Assembly: GCA_035650655.1 (NCBI GenBank)
Contig: DASRHG010000027.1
Coordinates: forward strand, 32,750-96,749
DNA length: 64,000 nt
Source: Candidatus Binatia bacterium
GTDB lineage: Bacteria; Desulfobacterota; Binatia; DP-6
Reading direction: 5' to 3'
Part shown: positions 51,577 to 60,613 of the stretch, in pieces
Position numbering within the stretch: the stretch's first letter is position 1
Layout: each line of letters begins with the position of its first letter
Notes under the pieces: model-generated
Seen by the model: only the letters and a program-made list of their open reading frames with translations
Database searches by the model: none
What the model was told of the DNA's origin: nothing
Program-made: the position numbers and the translations under genes

Positions 51577-53916
51577 TCAGCGGAAGAGGCGACCGAACCA
51601 GCCGAAGAGCCGACGCCGGCCCGCGTCGACGGCCCGCTCGCCCTCGCGCACGGCGTCCGCGACGCCGCCCCCGACGGCCGTCCAGATCGGCCGGTGGCGA
51701 TCGCACGGCGTCTCGGGCTCGGTGCCGGCGAGGAACGGCTCGCGGCGCGACGCGGGGCACGCCGACGTCGCGAGGAGGCCCGTCGCCGGATCGACGTCGC
51801 GCCAGACGACGTCGTCGGGCACGGGGAACTGGCGCTCCTCGTCGCCGGTCGCGACGGCCTTCACGAAGTCCGTCCAGATCGGCAGCGCGCCCTGGGCGCC
51901 CGTGAGCCCGGTCGGCGCGCCGTCGTCGAACCCCACCCAGACGCCGGCCACGACGTCCGGCGTGAAGCCGACGAACCAGGCGTCGCGCGTGTCGTCGGTC
52001 GTGCCCGTCTTCCCCGCCGCCGCGCCGCGGAGCCCCGCCTGGCGCGCGCTTCGCGCCGTACCCCCGTCGACGACGCGCGAAAGCAGGTGCGTCACGAGGT
52101 AGGCGACGCCGGGATCGAGCACCTGCGTCGCCTCGCCGGGCGCGGCGTAGAGCGTCTCACCGTCCGGCGAGACGACGGCGCCGACGAGCGTCGACCGTCG
52201 CCGCACGCCGCCGCTCGCGAAGACGGCGTAGGCCGAGGTCAAATCGAGGAGCGACACGTCGGCCACGCCGAGCGCGAGCGCGGGGACGCGCGGGAGCGGA
52301 CCCGGGATGCCGAGGTCGGCCGCCGCGCGCACGATCGGGTCGAGGCCGAGGTCGAGAGCGAGGCGGACGGTCGCGGCGTTCCGCGACTCGGCGAGCGCGT
52401 CCTCGAGGGGAATCTCGCCCGCGAAGGTCCCGTCGTAGTTGACGGGCTGCCACACGCGCCCGCCCGTGCGGACGGTGACGGGCGAGTCGTCCAGCGTCGA
52501 CACGACGGTGCGCGGCGGGGCGGCACCGCGGCGCGCGGGGTCGAGCGCCGCGAGGTAGACGAAGGGCTTGAACGCGGAGCCCGGCTGGCGCCTGGACTGC
52601 ACGGCCCGGTCGAGCGGGCTCGAGCCGTAGTCGCGGCCGCCGACGAGCGCGCGGACCCAGCCGCTCCGCGGGTCGAGGGCGACGAGCGCCGCCTGGAGGG
52701 GCGCGCGGCGCCGACGGCCGCGGTCGAGCGCGGCGAGCTGCTTCCGCACGGCGCGCTCCGCCTCGCGCTGCGCGTCGGCGTCGATCCCGGTGAAGATGGC
52801 GAGGCCGGGCGCGGCCGCGACGCGGGGGGACACGACCGTCCGCAGCTCGCGCGCGACCTGGGCTGCGACGTAGAGCGCCGCGACGGCGCGGGTTCGCGGC
52901 GGCGCGAGCGTCAGCCCCTCGGCCCTGGCCCGCTCGCCGTCGGGAGCCGAGAGCGTCCCGTCGCGGACCATCTGCGCGAGGACACGGTTGCGCCGGGCGA
53001 TCGCGGCGCGGGGATGGGTGCGCGGTGCGAGGCCGTTCGGCGCGCGGATCATGCCGGCGAGGAGCGCGCACTCCGCGGCGTCCAGCTGCCCGAGCGGCTT
53101 CCCGAAGTAGGCCTCGGCGGCCGACGCGAAGCCGTGGACCGGGAGCCCGCCGTCGACGCCGAGGTACACGGACGCGAGGTAGCGGCGCAGGATCTCCTCC
53201 TTCGTCGCATGCGCCTCGACCAACACGGCGAGCACCACCTCCTCGAGCTTCCGGCGGATCGTGCGGCGCGGGGAGAGGAAGGCGTTCTTCACGAGCTGCT
53301 GCGTGATCGTGCTGCCGCCCTCGCGGCGTCCGCGCACGCGGAGGTTCGTGATGAACGCCCGCACGATCGCGGTCGGGTCGAAGCCCGGGTGGTGGAAGAA
53401 GTGGCGGTCCTCGGCCGCCAGGACCGCGGCGCGGCACACGCGCGGCGCCGGGTCGGCGCCCGGGTCGAGCGTCGCGCCCGCGCCTCCGAGGAGTGCCAGC
53501 ACCTCCGGCTCGAGGTCGAGGCGATCGAGCGCCGCGCCCGCGACGTCGCGCATCTCGGCCACCGCCCCGCCGCGGAAGACGACGCGCGCGTGCCGGGGCG
53601 CAGGCGCCCAAGGCGCGGGGGACGGGCGCGTCGCGACGTCGACCGTCGAGCCGTCGACGCGGAACTCGCCGCGCGCGACCGGCGCGCCGGCTGTCGCGGG
53701 GCGGTAGCCGAGCCGGGTGAGCTTCCGCACCAGGGCCGCGGGAGCGGTGCGCGTGCCGGGGCGGAGCACGGTGGGCGCGGCGTAGATGCGCGCGCTCCCG
53801 AGCGGCGGCCCTGCGAGGTACGTCCGGACGCGGTGGTCGAGCCAAAGCGCCGCGATCGCCGTACCGAAGCCCGTCGCGAACAGGAGGAGCGCGGCCCACC
53901 GGCGCAGACGACGCAT
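51577..53916 (-). CDS. class A penicillin-binding protein (PBP1A-type transglycosylase/transpeptidase)
   Basis: The GT51 domain has EDRHFFHHPGFD, GGSTITQQLVKN and RKLEE. The transpeptidase domain has SAFKPF, SRN and KTGTT. The start was moved to ATG 53916 (GGGAAG upstream) because codons 53917-53970 have low GC3. Confidence 0.92.
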   Translation of the reverse strand: MRRLRRWAALLLFATGFGTAIAALWLDHRVRTYLAGPPLGSARIYAAPTVLRPGTRTAPAALVRKLTRLGYRPATAGAPVARGEFRVDGSTVDVATRPSPAPWAPAPRHARVVFRGGAVAEMRDVAGAALDRLDLEPEVLALLGGAGATLDPGADPAPRVCRAAVLAAEDRHFFHHPGFDPTAIVRAFITNLRVRGRREGGSTITQQLVKNAFLSPRRTIRRKLEEVVLAVLVEAHATKEEILRRYLASVYLGVDGGLPVHGFASAAEAYFGKPLGQLDAAECALLAGMIRAPNGLAPRTHPRAAIARRNRVLAQMVRDGTLSAPDGERARAEGLTLAPPRTRAVAALYVAAQVARELRTVVSPRVAAAPGLAIFTGIDADAQREAERAVRKQLAALDRGRRRRAPLQAALVALDPRSGWVRALVGGRDYGSSPLDRAVQSRRQPGSAFKPFVYLAALDPARRGAAPPRTVVSTLDDSPVTVRTGGRVWQPVNYDGTFAGEIPLEDALAESRNAATVRLALDLGLDPIVRAAADLGIPGPLPRVPALALGVADVSLLDLTSAYAVFASGGVRRRSTLVGAVVSPDGETLYAAPGEATQVLDPGVAYLVTHLLSRVVDGGTARSARQAGLRGAAAGKTGTTDDTRDAWFVGFTPDVVAGVWVGFDDGAPTGLTGAQGALPIWTDFVKAVATGDEERQFPVPDDVVWRDVDPATGLLATSACPASRREPFLAGTEPETPCDRHRPIWTAVGGGVADAVREGERAVDAGRRRLFGWFGRLFR

Positions 53917-53963
53917 GCGCTTCCCACTACTACCCGCGCGCCGAGAAATTTTCACATCCCGAC

Positions 53964-53993
53964 TTGTCAACCCGCGGCGCGTGGGGCTATGAG
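53964..53993 (+). promoter_or_regulatory. candidate promoter TTGTCA-18-TATGAG, 8 nt upstream of GTG 54002
   Basis: The hexamers match 5/6 and 4/6. It lies in the locally AT-richer stretch 53940-53970. Confidence 0.2.
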
Positions 53994-54001
53994 CGCGAGG
54001 C

Positions 54002-54187
54002 GTGGATCACCTCGAGCGGCAGGACCAGTTCGACGCGATGGTGCAGGGTCTCCGCGACAGCGCGGATCTCCTCGAGCGGCTCGGGCGCGACCTCGCCGTG
54101 CGTCGCATCCTGACGAACGTGCTCGGCGATCTGCTGGACGGCACGATGGCGACCGTCCGCTTCGTGGCGAGCGCGCTGCTCGGCTGA
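54002..54187 (+). CDS. possible 61-aa protein
   Basis: GTG ORF in an otherwise 228-nt intergenic gap. Hand-counted GC3 is ~92 % and composition is non-Arg-biased and helical. No good SD sequence was seen. Confidence 0.35.
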   Translation: MDHLERQDQFDAMVQGLRDSADLLERLGRDLAVRRILTNVLGDLLDGTMATVRFVASALLG

Positions 54188-54198
54188 CGCTCGCGCCG

Positions 54199-55551
54199 CT
54201 AGAACGCGCCGTTCGACGGCCCCTTCGCGCACTGCCGCATCCTCCGCTTGTCGATGCGCGCCTTCGGCAGACGGGGCGGTGTCGCGAACGCCGGGCTCGT
54301 GAAGTCGAAGAACTCGAGCATCGGGTCCGCATTCGCGTCGCGGCGCGTGAGCGCGGGCAGGTCGAAGCGGGTCTCGATGAAGCGCAGGATCGAGGTGTGG
54401 TCGTGCACCGTGTGCGAGACGAACCGCTTGCGCGCCCAGGGCGACACGACCGCGACGGGCACGCGAATCCCGAGCCGGTCGAAGCGGGCGTCGACGTCCC
54501 CTGCACGCAGCATCGGCGGGATGTCGTCGGGAACGCACGCCTCGGGCGGCGGGACGTGATCGTAGAAGCCGCCGTGCTCGTCGTAGGTGTGGAAGAGGGC
54601 CGCGCGCGGCCACTGCGGGCTCATCATGAGCGCGCCGATGACCTTCGCCGCGAACGCCTGCCCCACCTGGACGTTCGACGGCGGGTGCTCGTCGGTCTCC
54701 ACGTTGGGGTCCGTCGAGGTGAAGATCGGATCGACGAACGCCACCTGCGGCAGCGTCCCCGCCGCGGCGTCGGCGTAGAACCGGTCGATCGGCACGAGGT
54801 TCGCGCTGCGGTTCGCCCGGACGTAGCCGAAGAGGATCGCGAACGGCACCTGCGACTGATAGACCTTCCAGGTGACGGGTGGCACCGCCTCGTCGAGCAG
54901 GTTGAAGATCGTGCGCTGCGCGAAGGAGGTCGGATCCGTCACGTCGAAGATGTCGTTCCGGATGTGGCCGAAGGACGTCCCGGCGAGGAGATAGAAGCGG
55001 TTGGGGAAGGTCTGCGAGAGGAGCGACGAGAAGTACCGGTCGCCGATCGCGAAGGTCGCGTAGAGCTCGTAATAGAAGGGCAGGTCGCGCTTCGTGTAGT
55101 AGCCCATCGCGCGCCGCCCCTTCGGGTCGTTCGGGGCGACGTTCGCGGCCGTGAAGCCGTCCATGGCGTCGCCGTTCCACTCCGCGTGCGTGCCGTTCCA
55201 GGAGTGGTCGAGGTCGGCCTTCTCGCAATAGCGGGTCTGGTGGAACGGGCGCACCGGGCGGCGGCCGCCGCGCGGATCGGGATTCGTCGCGCGCCGCGGC
55301 TCGGCCTCGGCGTCGGGCTGGCCCTGCCGGTGCAGCTGCCCGAAGTAGTGGTCGAAGGATCGGTTCTCCTGCATCATCACGACGATCGTGTCGATCGGGA
55401 TGGCGCTCCCGTGCGGCGCCCCGGGCGGCAGCGTCGCGGCGGGAAGCGCGCCCGCCTCGAAGGGACACACCGCCGCGCCGAGAGCCACGGCGGCGGGGGC
55501 GAGCGCGAGGAGCCCGGCCAGCACGAGCGACGATCGCATGCGCGTCGCCAT
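54199..55551 (-). CDS. phosphoesterase-family protein (phospholipase C / AcpA acid-phosphatase type, PF04185-like)
   Basis: It has a signal peptide and the motif IDTIVVMMQENRSFDHYFG, then ..YDEHGGFYDHV.. . Confidence 0.85.
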   Translation of the reverse strand: MATRMRSSLVLAGLLALAPAAVALGAAVCPFEAGALPAATLPPGAPHGSAIPIDTIVVMMQENRSFDHYFGQLHRQGQPDAEAEPRRATNPDPRGGRRPVRPFHQTRYCEKADLDHSWNGTHAEWNGDAMDGFTAANVAPNDPKGRRAMGYYTKRDLPFYYELYATFAIGDRYFSSLLSQTFPNRFYLLAGTSFGHIRNDIFDVTDPTSFAQRTIFNLLDEAVPPVTWKVYQSQVPFAILFGYVRANRSANLVPIDRFYADAAAGTLPQVAFVDPIFTSTDPNVETDEHPPSNVQVGQAFAAKVIGALMMSPQWPRAALFHTYDEHGGFYDHVPPPEACVPDDIPPMLRAGDVDARFDRLGIRVPVAVVSPWARKRFVSHTVHDHTSILRFIETRFDLPALTRRDANADPMLEFFDFTSPAFATPPRLPKARIDKRRMRQCAKGPSNGAF

Positions 55552-55672
55552 AGACCCCGCGGCGCGACACGGTCAAGGCGAACGACACGAACGGACGGGG
55601 GCCGCGCGGGGTTTGGTTGGGGCTCGGGAAGCTGCTAAGCGTCGCCGAGGCTGCGAGAAGGGGGGATTCTCG

Positions 55673-56890
55673 TTGAACCTGAGCTACAGCGCCGAGTACG
55701 AGCGGTTCCGGGACGAGGTCCGGCGCTTCCTCGCCGAGCACTGGACCGCGGCCGACGCCGCGCACGAGCCGGATCCCGACGCCGTCTCGGCGTACACCGG
55801 GGGCGCGCGCGTCGACGAGCGCGCGACGGCGTTCCGCGTGAAGGCGATCGAGCGCGGCTACCTCTACCGGCAGGTGCCGCGCCGGTACGGCGGCGGCGAG
55901 CAGCCGCCCGACCCGCTCAAGGCGACGATCATCGGGGAGGAGTTCCGCCGCGCGCGCGCGCCGCACGAGATCACCGGCCAGGGGCCGAGCATGCTCGTGC
56001 CGACGCTCCTCGAGCACGGCACCGAGGCGCAGAAGCAGTTCTTCATCCGCGACACGCTGCTCGGGAAGATCCGGTGGTGCCAGGGCTACAGCGAGCCGGG
56101 GGCGGGCAGCGACCTCGCCTCGCTCCGCACGCGCGCGGTCCTCGAGGGCGATCACTTCGTCGTGAACGGCCAGAAGATCTGGACGTCGAACGCGCGCGAG
56201 GCCCACTGGATGTTCGCCCTCGTGCGCACGGAGCCCGACAAGCCGAGGCACGACGGCATCAGCTATCTCCTGATCGACATGAAGACGCCCGGCATCGAGG
56301 TCCGCCCGCTCAGGCAGATGACCGGGGACGCGGACTTCAACGAGGTGTTCTTCGAGAACGTACGGGTGCCGGTCGCGAACCTCGTCGGCAAGCGCGGCCA
56401 GGGCTGGGTCGTGAACCGGTCCACGCTGAAGCACGAGCGGGCGCTCATCGGCGGTGCGCAGCTCACGCGGCGGACGTTCGACGGGCTTCTCATGCTCGCC
56501 CGCGCCCTCGAGATCCGCGGCCGGCCCGCGATCGAGGACCCCGTCGTCCGGGACCGCCTCGTCGCGCTCGAGGCGCGGCTCCTCGCGAGCGAGTACCAGG
56601 GGTATCGGCTGCTCACCATGAGCGCGCGCGGGGAGGACCACGGCCTCGCCGGGATGGTGATGAAGCTCTACTCGACGAACCTCGGCTACGACATCGCGCA
56701 GCTCGCCATGGACATCGTCGGCGACCGCCAGCTGCTCGCACCCGGCGAGGGCGCGGCGCCCGCGATGGGCATGTTCGGGACGGCGTACATGTGGTCGCTC
56801 GGCGTCCTCATCGCGGGCGGCACGGCGAACATCCAGCGGAACATCATCGCGGAGCGCGGGCTCGGCCTCCCGCGCGACCCGCGAAAGTAG
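55673..56890 (+). CDS. acyl-CoA dehydrogenase family protein
   Basis: TTG 55673 is preceded by GAGAAGGGGGG. Motifs are WCQGYSEPGAGSDLASL, NGQKIWTS and GGTANIQRNIIAE. Confidence 0.88.
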   Translation: MNLSYSAEYERFRDEVRRFLAEHWTAADAAHEPDPDAVSAYTGGARVDERATAFRVKAIERGYLYRQVPRRYGGGEQPPDPLKATIIGEEFRRARAPHEITGQGPSMLVPTLLEHGTEAQKQFFIRDTLLGKIRWCQGYSEPGAGSDLASLRTRAVLEGDHFVVNGQKIWTSNAREAHWMFALVRTEPDKPRHDGISYLLIDMKTPGIEVRPLRQMTGDADFNEVFFENVRVPVANLVGKRGQGWVVNRSTLKHERALIGGAQLTRRTFDGLLMLARALEIRGRPAIEDPVVRDRLVALEARLLASEYQGYRLLTMSARGEDHGLAGMVMKLYSTNLGYDIAQLAMDIVGDRQLLAPGEGAAPAMGMFGTAYMWSLGVLIAGGTANIQRNIIAERGLGLPRDPRK

Positions 56891-56898
56891 GCGACGCC

Positions 56899-57987
56899 AT
56901 GGACTTCGGCCTGTCCGAGGAGCAGGTCCTCCTGAAGGACACGATCCGCCGGTACCTCGACGCCGAGTGTCCGACCTCGCGCGTGCGGGCGATCATGGAG
57001 AGCGAGACCGGGCACGATCCGGCGCTCTGGGCCGGGCTCGCAGACCTCGGTGTCCCCGGGCTTCACGTGCCCGCCGAGCACGGGGGTGCTGGCCTCGAGC
57101 TGCTCGACGCGGCGCTCGCGGCGGAGGAGCTCGGCGCGGCGTGCGCGCCCGGCCCCTTCCTCGCCTGCGCGCTGGCGGCGACCGCCCTCGTCGAGAGCGG
57201 GCACCGCGCGGCGGCCGCGCGTTGGCTGCCCGCCGTCGCGAGCGGGCGCGCGATCGTCACGTTCGCGCACGGCGAGGACGGCGACGAATGGGACCCGGCC
57301 CGGCTCGCGACGCGCGCGCGCGGCGGGGCGCTCACGGGACGGAAGCCGCTCGTGCCGGCGGCGACCGTGGCGGACGCGATCGTCGTCGCCGCGCAGGACG
57401 ACGAGGGGCCGGGGCTCTGGCTCGTCGAGCGCGGAGCGCCCGGGCTCGAGGTGACGCCGCTCCGCGGCACCGACATGACCCGCCGGGTGGCCGCGGTCGA
57501 GCTCGCGGGCGCCCCGGCGGCGAAGATCGCGAGCGGCCGCGCCGCGATCGACCGGACCTGGGACGCGGGCCTCGTCCTCCTCGCCGCCGACGCCTGGGGC
57601 GGCGCGCGGCGGTGCCTCGACATGACGGTCGAGTACGCACTCGCGCGCGAGCAGTTCGGGCAGCCGATCGCCGCCTTCCAGGGCGTCAAGCACCAGCTCG
57701 CGGATCTCGCGACCGACCTCGAGCCCGCGCTCGCGCTCTGGTGGTACGCGGCGCACGCGCACGACCGCATCCGCGACCGCGCGTCCCGGCACGCCGCGCT
57801 CGCCAAGGCGCACCTCTCGGATCTCTACGACCGGGCGACCCGCATCGCGACCGAGCTGCACGGCGGCATCGGCTTCACCTGGGAGTACGACCTCCACCTC
57901 TGGTTCCGCCGCGCGGTCTTCGACCGCGCGTTCCTGGGGACGGCGCGGCACCATCGCGCGCGCGCGGCGACGCTCGCGGGGTGGTAG
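56899..57987 (+). CDS. acyl-CoA dehydrogenase family protein (probable partner subunit)
   Basis: ATG lies 8 nt after the upstream stop. Motifs are MDFGLSEEQ.., REQFGQPIAAFQGVKH and LHGGIGFTWEYDLHLWFRRA. Confidence 0.85.
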   Translation: MDFGLSEEQVLLKDTIRRYLDAECPTSRVRAIMESETGHDPALWAGLADLGVPGLHVPAEHGGAGLELLDAALAAEELGAACAPGPFLACALAATALVESGHRAAAARWLPAVASGRAIVTFAHGEDGDEWDPARLATRARGGALTGRKPLVPAATVADAIVVAAQDDEGPGLWLVERGAPGLEVTPLRGTDMTRRVAAVELAGAPAAKIASGRAAIDRTWDAGLVLLAADAWGGARRCLDMTVEYALAREQFGQPIAAFQGVKHQLADLATDLEPALALWWYAAHAHDRIRDRASRHAALAKAHLSDLYDRATRIATELHGGIGFTWEYDLHLWFRRAVFDRAFLGTARHHRARAATLAGW

Positions 57988-58018
57988 CGTCGGCGGGTCG
58001 CGCGCGGGCGAGCCAAAG

Positions 58019-58092
58019 TGGTCGCACCTGGACTCGAACCAGGGGCCTCCTGCATGTGAGGCAGGCGCTCTAACCAACTGAGCTATGCGACC
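58019..58092 (-). tRNA. tRNA-Val(CAC): tRNA-Val (anticodon CAC)
   Basis: Hand-folded cloverleaf. The acceptor stem is GGTCGCA/TGCGACC and the D arm is GCTC-AGTTGGTTA-GAGC. The anticodon stem is CCTGC/GCAGG with loop CTCACAT, and the T arm is CCTGG-TTCGAGT-CCAGG. The discriminator is A and CCA is not encoded. Confidence 0.93.
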
Positions 58093-58117
58093 GGAGGGGC
58101 GTTCGGGAACGTCTCGC

Positions 58118-58146
58118 TCCCTATGCGAATCGCCTCATACCGTCAA
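58118..58146 (-). promoter_or_regulatory. candidate promoter for tRNA-Val (TTGACG-17-TAGGGA)
   Basis: On the minus strand the -10 ends 25 nt upstream of tRNA position 1. The -10 is weak. Confidence 0.25.
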
Positions 58147-58193
58147 CGAGGCGCGGCTTGTGACTCCGCACCCCGGCGCCTACGCTCGGACTC

Positions 58194-58538
58194 GTGCGCG
58201 TCGCCGCAGGCCTCCTCGCGGTCGCGTTCGCCGCGATCGCCTTCGCCGAGGGTGCCGCCCCGTCGACGCCGGCCCGCGGGCCGCGCGTCGAGGCGGCGAT
58301 CCCGCTCCCGCCGACGGGCCACGAGCGCCTGCGCTTCTTCGGTGGCCGCGATCACCACCTCGTCCCCGGGACGGTGACCATCGACAAACCGCCGTACGTC
58401 TGCGACGTCGACGGCCGAGGCTTCGGCGAGCGCGACGCCTTCGTCGCCCACCTCCGCATCCGGCACCGGCTCGCTTCGGCCGACATCCCGGATCGGCTCG
58501 TCGTCCGGGACGGCCAGGTCCACTTCATCGGCAAGTAG
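58194..58538 (+). CDS. small secreted protein with C2H2-spaced C-D-H-H motif
   Basis: GTG start with signal-like VRVAAGLLAVAFAAIAFAEG. GC3 is high throughout. The motif is YVCDVDGRGFGERDAFVAHLRIRH. Confidence 0.6.
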   Translation: MRVAAGLLAVAFAAIAFAEGAAPSTPARGPRVEAAIPLPPTGHERLRFFGGRDHHLVPGTVTIDKPPYVCDVDGRGFGERDAFVAHLRIRHRLASADIPDRLVVRDGQVHFIGK

Positions 58539-58647
58539 GCTAATTTCCCGAGTTTCTCCGCTTCGTTCGCAGCGCGTTGACTCATAACGCGGTGCGTAGT
58601 AACTCCCTGGGCGGTCGCTCCTACTTCTCTCCAGGGAGGATTTGTTC

Positions 58648-59040
58648 ATGGCAGAGGCCAGGTCTCGCCTCGCGTTCCAGGAAGTCCGCGCGTCGGTGAA
58701 GCGGATGCAGACCGAGGGGGAGCGTCTCGTGAAGCGCATCCGTCAGGACGCCGAGGCGCTCGCCCGCCGGAGCCGCCGGAGGACGGTCGACGGGCTTCTC
58801 ATCGATGCGCGGCGGCTGCGGAACGACCTGCGGAAGCGGGCCGAGCAGGCGATGCGCGACATCGAGGCTCGCCGGACGAGCCTTCTCTCCTCGCTCGAAG
58901 GGCAGACGACCCGGCTCGTCGAGGCCGTCGCCGCGCGTCTCAACGTCGCGCGCCACGAGGACGTGGCCGAGCTGCGCAGGCGCGTCGCGCTGCTCGAGCA
59001 GCGGCTCGATCAGCTCGACAAGAAGGAAAAGGCAGCCTGA
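58648..59040 (+). CDS. phasin-family (PHA granule-associated, PF05597-like) coiled-coil protein
   Basis: GGGAGGA lies 8 nt upstream of ATG 58648. The protein is helical and charged with the typical tail LNVARHEDVAELRRRVALLEQRLDQL. Confidence 0.65.
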   Translation: MAEARSRLAFQEVRASVKRMQTEGERLVKRIRQDAEALARRSRRRTVDGLLIDARRLRNDLRKRAEQAMRDIEARRTSLLSSLEGQTTRLVEAVAARLNVARHEDVAELRRRVALLEQRLDQLDKKEKAA

Positions 59041-59044
59041 CGCC

Positions 59045-60613
59045 TCACTTCCGGCGGCGAGGACGGCCGAAGCCGCCGCCGCCGGGCGTCTCGACCCGGA
59101 GCCGGTCGCCCGCCGCGACCGCGAACGTCGCCTTCGCCGGCAGGCGGACGAGCCGACCGCGCCGGCCGCGGACGAGCCGGTCGCGGCCGCAGGCACCGGG
59201 CTCGCCGCCCGCGAGCCCGTACGGCGGGACGAGGCGGCGCTCGCCGAGGAGCGTCACGGTCGCGGGCGCCGTGAACTCGATTTCGCGCACGATCCCGTCC
59301 CCGCCGGGATGGCGCCCCGCCCCGCCGGAACCGGCGCGCACGGCGTAGCGGCGGACGCGGAGCGGATAGTACGCCTCGAGCGCCTCGATCGGCGTGTTCA
59401 TCGTGTTCGTCATGTGCGTGTGGACCGCGGACGCGCCTCGGCGCCGCGGTCCCCCGCCCGCCCCGCCGGCGACCGTCTCGTAGTACGTGAACGGCCGCCC
59501 CTCAGCGACGCCGCCGAGGGCGACGTTGTTCATCGAGCCCGCGCTCGCCGCCGGGATCCGGTCCGGCGCCGCGCGCGCGAGCGCCCGCAGCAGCACGTCG
59601 ACGATCCGCTGCGACGTCTCGACGTTCCCGCCGGCGACGGCGGCGGGAAACCGCGCGTTCACGACCGAGCCCTCCGGCGCGACGATCGTGAGCGGCGCGG
59701 CGAGGCCCTCGTTCGGGGGAATTGCCTCCTCCGCAAGGGCCGCGAAGACGTAGAGGACCGCGGACCGCGTGACGGCGAGGTTCGCGTTGACCGGGCCCTC
59801 GGTCTGCGGGTCGGTCCCGCCGAAGTCGACGCGCGCGCGCCCGCCGCGGAGCGTCACCGTCACCGCGATCCGGATGGGTCCCGTGCGGCAGCCGTCGTCG
59901 TCGAGGACGTCCGTGGCCGCATAGGTCCCCGCCGGCAGGCGCGCGAGCGTCGCGTGCATGAGGCTCGCACTGTACCGCTGGAGCGCCCGCATCTGCGCCG
60001 CGAGCGCTCCGCCCGCCGCGGCGGCGAGCGCCTCGAGGCGATCCGCGCCGACGCGGAGCGCGGCCCACTGGGCGCGCAGGTCGCCCTCGCGCTCGGCGGC
60101 GACCCGGGTGTTGGCGAGGAAAAGCTGGAGGACGTCGCGGACGATCCGGCCGCGCTCGACGAGCCGGACGGGCGGCAGGCGGAAGCCTTCCTGGAAGATC
60201 TCGGTGGCGAGCGGCATCGAGCCGGGCGACATCCCGCCGATGTCGGCATGGTGCGCGCGGTTCGCGACGTAGGCGAACGGCCTCGTCGCGCCGGCCCGGA
60301 AGACGGGCGCGACGACGGTCACGTCGGGGAGGTGCGTGCCCCCCGCGAACGGGTCGTTCAGCATGACGACGTCGCCCGGGCCCATCGGCATCGCCTCGAT
60401 CGCGGCCCGGACGGACAGCGGGGTCGAGCCGAGGTGGACGGGGATGTGGGCCGCCTGGGCGACGAGGCCGCCCCCCGCGTCGAAAACCGCGCACGAGTAG
60501 TCGCGCCGCTCCTTGATGTTCGGCGAGAGGGCGGTCCGCCCGAGCACGACGCCCATCTCCTCGGCGATGCCCGCGAAGCGGTGGTTCGCGAGCTCGAGGT
60601 CGACGGCGTTCAA
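59045..60613 (-). CDS. hyuB: hydantoinase B / oxoprolinase-family protein
   Basis: TTG 60613 overlaps the hyuA stop (TTGA). Motifs are SPNIKERRDYSCAVFD, HIPVHLGS and NDPF.GGTHLPD. Confidence 0.88.
   Translation of the reverse strand: MNAVDLELANHRFAGIAEEMGVVLGRTALSPNIKERRDYSCAVFDAGGGLVAQAAHIPVHLGSTPLSVRAAIEAMPMGPGDVVMLNDPFAGGTHLPDVTVVAPVFRAGATRPFAYVANRAHHADIGGMSPGSMPLATEIFQEGFRLPPVRLVERGRIVRDVLQLFLANTRVAAEREGDLRAQWAALRVGADRLEALAAAAGGALAAQMRALQRYSASLMHATLARLPAGTYAATDVLDDDGCRTGPIRIAVTVTLRGGRARVDFGGTDPQTEGPVNANLAVTRSAVLYVFAALAEEAIPPNEGLAAPLTIVAPEGSVVNARFPAAVAGGNVETSQRIVDVLLRALARAAPDRIPAASAGSMNNVALGGVAEGRPFTYYETVAGGAGGGPRRRGASAVHTHMTNTMNTPIEALEAYYPLRVRRYAVRAGSGGAGRHPGGDGIVREIEFTAPATVTLLGERRLVPPYGLAGGEPGACGRDRLVRGRRGRLVRLPAKATFAVAAGDRLRVETPGGGGFGRPRRRK

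Noticed and set aside
53917-53970. TTG 53970 as the PBP1A start (the track ORF begins MTSRDVKISRR..).
   Set aside because: Codons here end mostly in A/T (ACA AGT GAT AAA ATT TCT GGT AGT AGT), unlike coding DNA in this genome. ATG 53916 has a GGGAAG SD sequence and leads directly into the membrane anchor.
58577-58605. A TTGACT box upstream of the phasin-like gene, considered as a sigma-70 promoter.
   Set aside because: No acceptable -10 hexamer lies at 16-18 nt spacing. The best candidates are TAACTC (2/6), or TAGTAA at only 14 nt.
57988-59040. tRNA-Val as a possible integration hotspot or genomic-island boundary.
   Set aside because: No integrase is present and I found no direct repeat of the tRNA 3' end. 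The flanking genes (ACADs, a small secreted protein, a phasin-like protein) have the same GC and codon style as the rest of the window.
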